Shown: positions 58,026 to 64,000 of the stretch, piece by piece
How the letters are laid out: the number at the start of each line of letters is the position of its first letter
Numbering within the stretch: the stretch's first letter is position 1
From: Nitrosopumilus sp.
Lineage (GTDB): Bacteria; Planctomycetota; Planctomycetia; Pirellulales; Pirellulaceae
Assembly (NCBI GenBank): GCA_964225475.1
Contig: CAXQOB010000012.1
Coordinates: forward strand, 18,521-82,520
Length of the DNA: 64,000 bases
Reading direction: 5' to 3'
The notes under the pieces: model-generated
Database searches by the model: none
Seen by the model: only the letters and a program-made list of their open reading frames with translations
Told to the model about the DNA's origin: nothing
Translations under genes and position numbers: made by a program

Positions 58026-59348
58026 TCATTCAGTGATCGGCTTGATTGACATGAATTGATCAAGGATCGACTGGAGGCGTTTTCGGTCTTCCGAATGATC
58101 GCTTTCTGCCGCGATGAATTCACTGTAACGAGTCTCATCAGAATCGATGGGGATGTCATACAAGTTTCCATTTTGATTCAGGCGAAAACGTCGATCACGA
58201 ACAAAAAAACCTTGACCAAAATTAATTGAAACCGTTTCGCGGTCGATTCCCTGACCACCAATTAGATAGTGAGCAAGATTGTAACCGTCGACTTTCCGAT
58301 TCAGTTCAATATTCGCAATGGAGTGAATGGTTGGTAGCACATCAATTAAACAAATTAATTCATCGCGAACTACAGGAGTAATCTGACCAGGCCACCAAGC
58401 AATTAGGGGGACACGGGTACCAGCTTCGGTCATCGACCCTTTGCCACCTTGGATCTGGATACCATTAAGTTGACTGGTGATGCTCTTGTTAGTGCCATTG
58501 TCTCCAGTGAATAGAACGAGGGTCTTTCTCTGTAGGTTGTGTTCTTTTAGTTTTTTGATAATAGACCCCACCGTGTGATCCATGTAGGTGATCATCTGGC
58601 CAAACGCTCGTGAGTTTTTGTCCATTTCGGTTGTGAAGTTTTTGCTCGCAAGTTTTTTCAGGCTAGGCGGATTGATAAAGGGTGAGTGAACCAGAGCCAT
58701 TGGGAAGTAAACAAGGAACGGTTGATCTTTTTTTCTGTCGATAAAGTCAAGGATGAAATCGCGGTAATCGTCGGGTCCAAATTCGTCGGCGCTTCCGTTT
58801 TTGACTTTTCCGTTGCGGTAAATCTGCGGGCCATAGTATCGACTCGATTTTTGACCCTCATAGATCCACGTCCACATGCAATACTCATCGAATCCATGTT
58901 CAACTGGTTGGGCTGGGTACTCATCGAACTTACCGAGTTGCCACTTTCCGGCGACCGCAGTTGAGTAACCTGCGTCACGGAAATCATTTGCGAAGGTTCG
59001 GATGCTGGATGGCAATCGAATCCCCTCCTCTTTGCTAATGAGTCGTTGGAAACCGGTGCGATTTGGGTAAAGGCCACTCATCAGCATCACACGGGTGGGT
59101 GTGCATAACGGCGTTGCGTAGGCATTTTCAAAACGAACACCCTCAGATGCCATTCGATCAAGGTGAGGTGTTGTATAGATGTCACTTCCATAACAGGCCA
59201 ATCCTTCAGCACCGATGTCATCCGCCATGATGATGATCACGTTTGGGCGTTCGTTTTCGGTTTCGAGAGCAGAAGATTCAGCGGTCACTCCAAGCGATAG
59301 AACGAGGAGTGAGATGCCGTAGACGAGTGAGTGATTTGTCGATTTCAT
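58026..59348 (-). CDS. Sulfatase (S1)
   Basis: RPNVIIIMADDIG; CTPTRVMLMSG; GKWQL; GDNGT; GGKGSMTEAGTRVP. ATG 59348 is preferred over the ORF-track start at 59423. Confidence 0.94.
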   Translation of the reverse strand: MKSTNHSLVYGISLLVLSLGVTAESSALETENERPNVIIIMADDIGAEGLACYGSDIYTTPHLDRMASEGVRFENAYATPLCTPTRVMLMSGLYPNRTGFQRLISKEEGIRLPSSIRTFANDFRDAGYSTAVAGKWQLGKFDEYPAQPVEHGFDEYCMWTWIYEGQKSSRYYGPQIYRNGKVKNGSADEFGPDDYRDFILDFIDRKKDQPFLVYFPMALVHSPFINPPSLKKLASKNFTTEMDKNSRAFGQMITYMDHTVGSIIKKLKEHNLQRKTLVLFTGDNGTNKSITSQLNGIQIQGGKGSMTEAGTRVPLIAWWPGQITPVVRDELICLIDVLPTIHSIANIELNRKVDGYNLAHYLIGGQGIDRETVSINFGQGFFVRDRRFRLNQNGNLYDIPIDSDETRYSEFIAAESDHSEDRKRLQSILDQFMSIKPITE

Positions 59349-59415
59349 GAGTGAGTTTTTAGCGTGCGAAAGGATGTGTTTTCTTAATGAGTGTTTCACG
59401 GAAATCTCGCATCGC

Positions 59416-61488
59416 TCACTCACCTTCGGTTGTTTTAGCTAGGTTATGGACGAAACTCGGTAGGAGCGTTTGGGGAAGCTGACGCAGTAGGCTGCCCATC
59501 CCCTTATTATGAGCGGTGACCACAACAACTAGTTTGATTGATGGAAAAATAAACAGAAACTGTCCGCCCGCACCTCGACCCTGGATGCTGTGATACGTGC
59601 GTTCACCGATTTCGTAGTCTTGTGTCCACCAGAAATAGCCGTAAGACGATGCTCCGCTGTTATTCCTGATCCCGTTGGTGGCTCTTTGTATAAATTCAGC
59701 GGGGATCAATTGTTTGCCCTTCCATTGGCCGTGGTTTAAAACAAGCAAACCCATTTTGAGCATGTCCCTCGACCGAATGCTTGAGCCCGCAGCAGATTTT
59801 GGAAGACCACTTACATCCTGTTGCCACTGGTAGTTCTCTACACCCAATGGTCCCCATAATTGTTCTCGAATGAATTCACTTGCATTGCCCGGTACAACCG
59901 CTTCAACGATCTGCATTGTGATGGTCGGGTCGGATGACTGATATTTGAATTCTCTTGGCGCTGGGGGAATCGGATCGCTATTTGCCAGGTAAGCTTCAAC
60001 CTGCCTTTGTCCTTTAAGTTCTTCGGGGCGTCTTCTAAGTTGATTCGCGATATCAGGATCAATTCGAACCCCCGATCGCATGTGCATCGCTTGATGTAAG
60101 GTGATTTGGTTTGCACCGCGAGTCAAGTTGCTAGAGTCCAGCTCGTTCAGAAAGGCGGTAATGGGCTTGTCCAGATCGGCCATCGACAGATAGCCCAATT
60201 GAATTGCACGACCGATCACCATTGCAGTGTAGGACTTGGTGATCGACATTTGATAATGAGGGTAGTTGACTCGTCCACGACGATAGTAGGATTCAAGAAT
60301 TAATTTCCCTCGATAGCAGATCAGTAAACTATCGGTATTACCTGCTCTTTGATCCCGTGCCGTTTCTCCGAGCGCTCTGGCAAATTCCAAGATGCTTTCT
60401 TTATCACCTCCATCGATCCCCAGCACTCCCACATCGATGCCATCTTTTTTGTCCTCGGGGCTTGAATCAATGAACGGCTCATCTAGGTAGGGTAGCTGGT
60501 GTTCTAATTGAAAAGACACATCCTCTGCACTGAGGTCGGGAACTTCTGGGGCCAAGCCATCGGCGCCTTTCTGCCGTTGGTCAGCTTCGGTCTTTGTTGT
60601 CGAATCACGTCCTTGCTTTGGTGTTGTTTGAGCTGATTCAATCTGCTGTTCCGAGTTCTGGGCGTAAAGCCATTGGTAGAAATCTTTGGAGGTATAGACT
60701 CTTCGGCTCGCGCCGTGTCCTTCATTTGGGAAGATTGTTAATCTCGCAAGTTTGCCTCCCTGTTTTTGAATCATGTCGATCATGCGCTTGGAGCGATCAG
60801 CTGGAACAACTCGATCTTGCTCTCCATGGAACGCCCATAATGGTAGGTTCACCAAATTGTTTGCCCATTGATCAAGGTTCGGAGTGATCTCTTTCGGTCC
60901 GCCTTCGCCCAAGCCTCCGACAATGGGAGCTGCGGCTGCAAACTGCTTCGGCGAATGAGAGGCCCAGTACCACGTCCCAAACCCTCCCATGCTGTTTCCT
61001 GTCAGGTAAATGCGATTTGAGTCGATCGGTAGCGTCGATTTGAGGTGTTTGAGAAAAATATTGAGCTCATCTGGCACCCAGCTTTGTCGATTACCAGTTG
61101 CGCCGGGAATCACTTGAGGGGCAACAAAAATCGAGGGTTCACCAGCATATCGCTCCATGCCCATCAGGGCGGCTTGTGCAATCCGCTTTACTTTTTGAAT
61201 GTCACTACCTCGCCCACCCGCACCATGCAGAAAAATAAGTAACGGATACTTCTTGTCTACCTTTGCAACTTCTGGAGTTGCAGCGAGATATTCCTGATTC
61301 AGTAAACGCGCCTTTTCTTTTACAACGCCTGGAAGCCGAAGGACTTTAAGTTCGGTTGCCGCAGATCGGTTGGTAAAAACGCTCATGCCGCCGACGAGGC
61401 AGATTGCAATCGCAATCAGGTGATGTTTGTGGAAGATACCCTTGATTCTCATCGGACGACTTTTTGGATTGAGACCTGCTGGAGGCAA
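59416..61488 (-). CDS. Fusion of an alpha/beta-hydrolase (prolyl oligopeptidase/carboxylesterase-like) and a beta-lactamase-fold serine hydrolase
   Basis: N-half: LIFLHGAG, RIYLTGNSMGG, HGEQD, EGH. C-half: MSITKS (SxxK), FKYQSSD, LWGPLG, YGYFWW, GRGAGGQ. Confidence 0.88.
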   Translation of the reverse strand: MPPAGLNPKSRPMRIKGIFHKHHLIAIAICLVGGMSVFTNRSAATELKVLRLPGVVKEKARLLNQEYLAATPEVAKVDKKYPLLIFLHGAGGRGSDIQKVKRIAQAALMGMERYAGEPSIFVAPQVIPGATGNRQSWVPDELNIFLKHLKSTLPIDSNRIYLTGNSMGGFGTWYWASHSPKQFAAAAPIVGGLGEGGPKEITPNLDQWANNLVNLPLWAFHGEQDRVVPADRSKRMIDMIQKQGGKLARLTIFPNEGHGASRRVYTSKDFYQWLYAQNSEQQIESAQTTPKQGRDSTTKTEADQRQKGADGLAPEVPDLSAEDVSFQLEHQLPYLDEPFIDSSPEDKKDGIDVGVLGIDGGDKESILEFARALGETARDQRAGNTDSLLICYRGKLILESYYRRGRVNYPHYQMSITKSYTAMVIGRAIQLGYLSMADLDKPITAFLNELDSSNLTRGANQITLHQAMHMRSGVRIDPDIANQLRRRPEELKGQRQVEAYLANSDPIPPAPREFKYQSSDPTITMQIVEAVVPGNASEFIREQLWGPLGVENYQWQQDVSGLPKSAAGSSIRSRDMLKMGLLVLNHGQWKGKQLIPAEFIQRATNGIRNNSGASSYGYFWWTQDYEIGERTYHSIQGRGAGGQFLFIFPSIKLVVVVTAHNKGMGSLLRQLPQTLLPSFVHNLAKTTEGE

Positions 61489-61915
61489 TTGAAGAATGAA
61501 TCGGAGGATTCACCGAGCGGATAAGTTACCATTTTTAAGCATCTACTCTTTGATCGTACACCGCTTGAATCGGTTTTTAGATCGGCTTTGTAGGATCAAT
61601 GGAAAAGGTCTTTTAAATTCATTGCATGCCACAAAATAAGCATCCACGGTTTGAGCCATCCATGTCTCGATTTCCGCGGCGAGGAAACCAATGGTTTTGA
61701 CCAGTAATTAAGCGAGCATGCAATCTGAATTGTTGAGTGAAGTGACCTTCGCGTGCCTGTCAGGAAAGGTCCATATCGGGTATGGTTCATCTATGCTACC
61801 TTTTTTAAGGTGCTGACAACTACATTGGAGAAAAGCTGTTCGCTCTGCTTAATGGCTTGCTTTAAAAAGTATTTAAATCGTGTAGGTCTTCTTATTCATG
61901 AAACGTGAACAATCA

Positions 61916-62260
61916 ATGAGCGAAGAGAAAGAATCGAAGACGGAAAAGTCATCAAGGCCAACGGCATTCAGCCTTCGCACACTGCTGCTTCTCGTTCTAA
62001 TCTTCGCGTTGGCAATGGGCTGGGCGCTTGATCGTGCCAAGATGAAATCCGTTTCAGAATCATCGGAATACGATATTCAAGGCCCTTTGTTTGTTCAATA
62101 CACAGTCAGAAAATCTTCAAATAGCACTGCAGGGTCCAAAATCAGCGGGGCACTGGGCATCGATTTTAGAGGTGGCAACACGATTGTTCATACAAGGCAA
62201 GGTGGCACGGTACTTAGTTCGGCGAGTTTAGTTGATTGCGTTTGGATATTCGACAATTAA
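61916..62260 (+). CDS. Small hypothetical single-pass membrane protein
   Basis: AFSLRTLLLLVLIFALAMGW membrane anchor followed by a small beta-rich domain. Confidence 0.6.
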   Translation: MSEEKESKTEKSSRPTAFSLRTLLLLVLIFALAMGWALDRAKMKSVSESSEYDIQGPLFVQYTVRKSSNSTAGSKISGALGIDFRGGNTIVHTRQGGTVLSSASLVDCVWIFDN

Positions 62261-62492
62261 CACAAAGCGATTTGCCGACGTTTGCTCGGATATTTTGTTG
62301 GGACTGATCTTTCAGCCGCGTGTTAACGCTTTACTCATGAGGACTGCTATAACATGCAGTAGGAATGAAGGCAGCGTTATAGCAGCTTGAAGGGCTGAAT
62401 CATTTGACGCTCTTTCCAATTCATCGCTAAGAAACTTCTTTCTGATCGTTGCTTAGTTTTCGCGCCAACCTATAACCACTCATTCATGCCTT

Positions 62493-64000
62493 ATGGTGAT
62501 AAATAAAAGAGATCAGTTTTTGTCGGACTTGATTTATCGAAACCCGCTTGCGGCGATTCTTGCGGTGCTTGCAAATTTGCTTTTGATCTTTGGGAATCTC
62601 TTTGCAGCGGACCGACCCAATATTCTGTTTTGTATCTCCGATGATCAGAGTTATGCGCACACGGGCGTGAATGGGGATCCTGTTGTTCAAACCCCTGCGT
62701 TTGATAGGATCGCAAAGGAGGGATTGCGTTTCACGCACGCTTTCTGCGACGCACCGACATGTGGGCCATCTCGATCCGCAATCCTTACAGGGCAACATAT
62801 ATGGCGACTTGAGGAAGCGGGGAATATTCACAGTACCCTTCCTGCAAAATTTGCAACCTACACGGAGATGTTAGAGGAATCAGGCTACGCGGTTGGTTTT
62901 ACCGGCAAAGGATGGAGTCCGGGACGACTTGAACCCGGAGGACGCAGCAGTAATCCAGCGGGTGAACCATTTCAGAATCGCAAATGGAAGCCTGAATTGC
63001 GATCGATGGCAAACACGGATTATGCCGCGAATTTTCAAGATTTCCTTCAACAGGTTGAAGAGGATCAGCCATTCTGTTTTTGGCTTGGTACCTACGAGCC
63101 ACATCGTGGATTTCAACCGGGTGCGGGTAAACTGAGTGGAAAAGATCCAGCGAAGGTCGTTGTGCCCCCTATTTTTCCCGATAACGAAATCATACGCAGT
63201 GATATTCTCGATTATCTCTTGGAGGTTGAAACCTTTGATCAGCAAGTAGCTCGGGCGATCGTTGCACTGCAAGTTCGAGGGGAACTTGATAACACGATCA
63301 TCGTAGTAACAAGTGATCATGGTATGCCTTTCCCTAGAGCGAAGGCGAGTCTTTACGATGCGGGCTCAAAGGTTCCTCTCGCGATTCGCTGGCCCAATGG
63401 AATCAGCAACCCAGGCAGGACCGTCGACGAGTTTGTTAATTTAAGTGATCTCGCGCCGACGTTTTTACAGTGTGCTGGACTACAGCCGCCAGAGATGATG
63501 ACGGCACGCGGTTTGACTGGTATTTTCAACGCGAACGACACCGATGATCGTTCGGCAGCGTTGATTGCAATGGAACGCCATGATGGCTGCCGTAAAGGTG
63601 GTAAAGGATATCCTTGTCGAGCAATTCGGACTCGTGACTTTCTGTACATCTATAATTTTGAGCCTTCCCGATGGCCCTCCGGATCTCCTGACCCCGACGT
63701 TTGCGCCCGCTCGATTCCCTTTGGTGAAATTGACAGTTCACCCACGAAGAGTTTCATGATGGAGCATCGTAATGAGGATGGTGTTGCTCATATTGCTGAA
63801 CTCGCATTTGGAATGCGGCCTGCGGAAGAACTCTATGATCTTCGAAAGGATCCTCATCAAATGGTCAATGTCGCGGGATCGGTTCCAATGATAGACGTAC
63901 AGCAATCTCTGCGGCGCAGGCTATTCGATTACCTTCGTGATACACTTGATCCACGTGTTGTGGGCGGTACCGTTGATTGGGACTATTATCCCTACTACGG
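62493..64000 (+). CDS. Sulfatase (S1, heparan N-sulfatase-like), runs off the right edge of the window
   Basis: Not in the ORF track; translated by hand. MVINKRDQF...AADRPNILFCISDDQS...APTCGPSRSAILTG...GFTGKGWSPG...TSDHGMPFPRAKASLYDAG...ERHDG...DWDYYPYY. Confidence 0.93.
   Translation, partial: MVINKRDQFLSDLIYRNPLAAILAVLANLLLIFGNLFAADRPNILFCISDDQSYAHTGVNGDPVVQTPAFDRIAKEGLRFTHAFCDAPTCGPSRSAILTGQHIWRLEEAGNIHSTLPAKFATYTEMLEESGYAVGFTGKGWSPGRLEPGGRSSNPAGEPFQNRKWKPELRSMANTDYAANFQDFLQQVEEDQPFCFWLGTYEPHRGFQPGAGKLSGKDPAKVVVPPIFPDNEIIRSDILDYLLEVETFDQQVARAIVALQVRGELDNTIIVVTSDHGMPFPRAKASLYDAGSKVPLAIRWPNGISNPGRTVDEFVNLSDLAPTFLQCAGLQPPEMMTARGLTGIFNANDTDDRSAALIAMERHDGCRKGGKGYPCRAIRTRDFLYIYNFEPSRWPSGSPDPDVCARSIPFGEIDSSPTKSFMMEHRNEDGVAHIAELAFGMRPAEELYDLRKDPHQMVNVAGSVPMIDVQQSLRRRLFDYLRDTLDPRVVGGTVDWDYYPYY

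Noticed and set aside
59349-59423. Apparent overlap between the sulfatase ORF and the hydrolase fusion gene
   Set aside because: It disappears when ATG 59348, which precedes the signal peptide, is used as the start.
816-61488. Numerous 60-170 aa track ORFs nested in or antisense to long genes
   Set aside because: They are fully contained within well-supported CDSs and show no independent motifs or RBS support.
62484-63759. Several track ORFs of 60-146 aa on the minus strand and in alternative frames
   Set aside because: They are shadows of the long plus-strand sulfatase that the track omitted because it has no stop codon inside the window.
1-64000. rRNA, tRNA, CRISPR arrays, IS elements, prophage genes and riboswitches
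   Set aside because: I recognised no such motif, spaced repeat array, transposase or integrase. The larger intergenic gaps (19543-20035, 33898-34386, 49690-50223, 54496-54966, 61489-61915) showed no structure I could name; an Infernal/Rfam scan would be needed to exclude ncRNAs.

Overview
Bacterial chromosomal window, most likely from a marine planctomycete (Pirellulaceae-like). The basis is its gene content: DUF1549/DUF1553-DUF1501 and DUF1592-DUF1552 pairs, a DUF1559 prepilin-like gene, PVC-type CxxCH proteins, ASPIC/UnbV FG-GAP proteins and eight Cys-type sulfatases. It is densely coding, with about 39 credible CDSs. Two sulfatases truncated by the window edges are missing from the supplied ORF track (1..477 minus, 62493..64000 plus). 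I saw no rRNA, tRNA, CRISPR array, integrase or transposase. Main blocks: (i) a 15-kb co-oriented cluster of exported cytochrome/partner genes (816-16242); (ii) a compact putative aminophosphonate catabolic cassette without phnW, phnZ, C-P lyase or ABC genes (24138-28577); (iii) a prepilin-like DUF1559, lipoprotein and TPR-FG-GAP-ASPIC/heme-FG-GAP locus (28779-36057); (iv) a K+-dependent, probably Na+-pumping membrane pyrophosphatase, a lone SF2 helicase, a PhoD-like phosphatase, a GGT with an extra C-terminal domain and a two-fold serine-hydrolase fusion. All family assignments come from motif recognition and recall; no database search was run. Starts were refined by eye where an RBS or signal peptide supported it.
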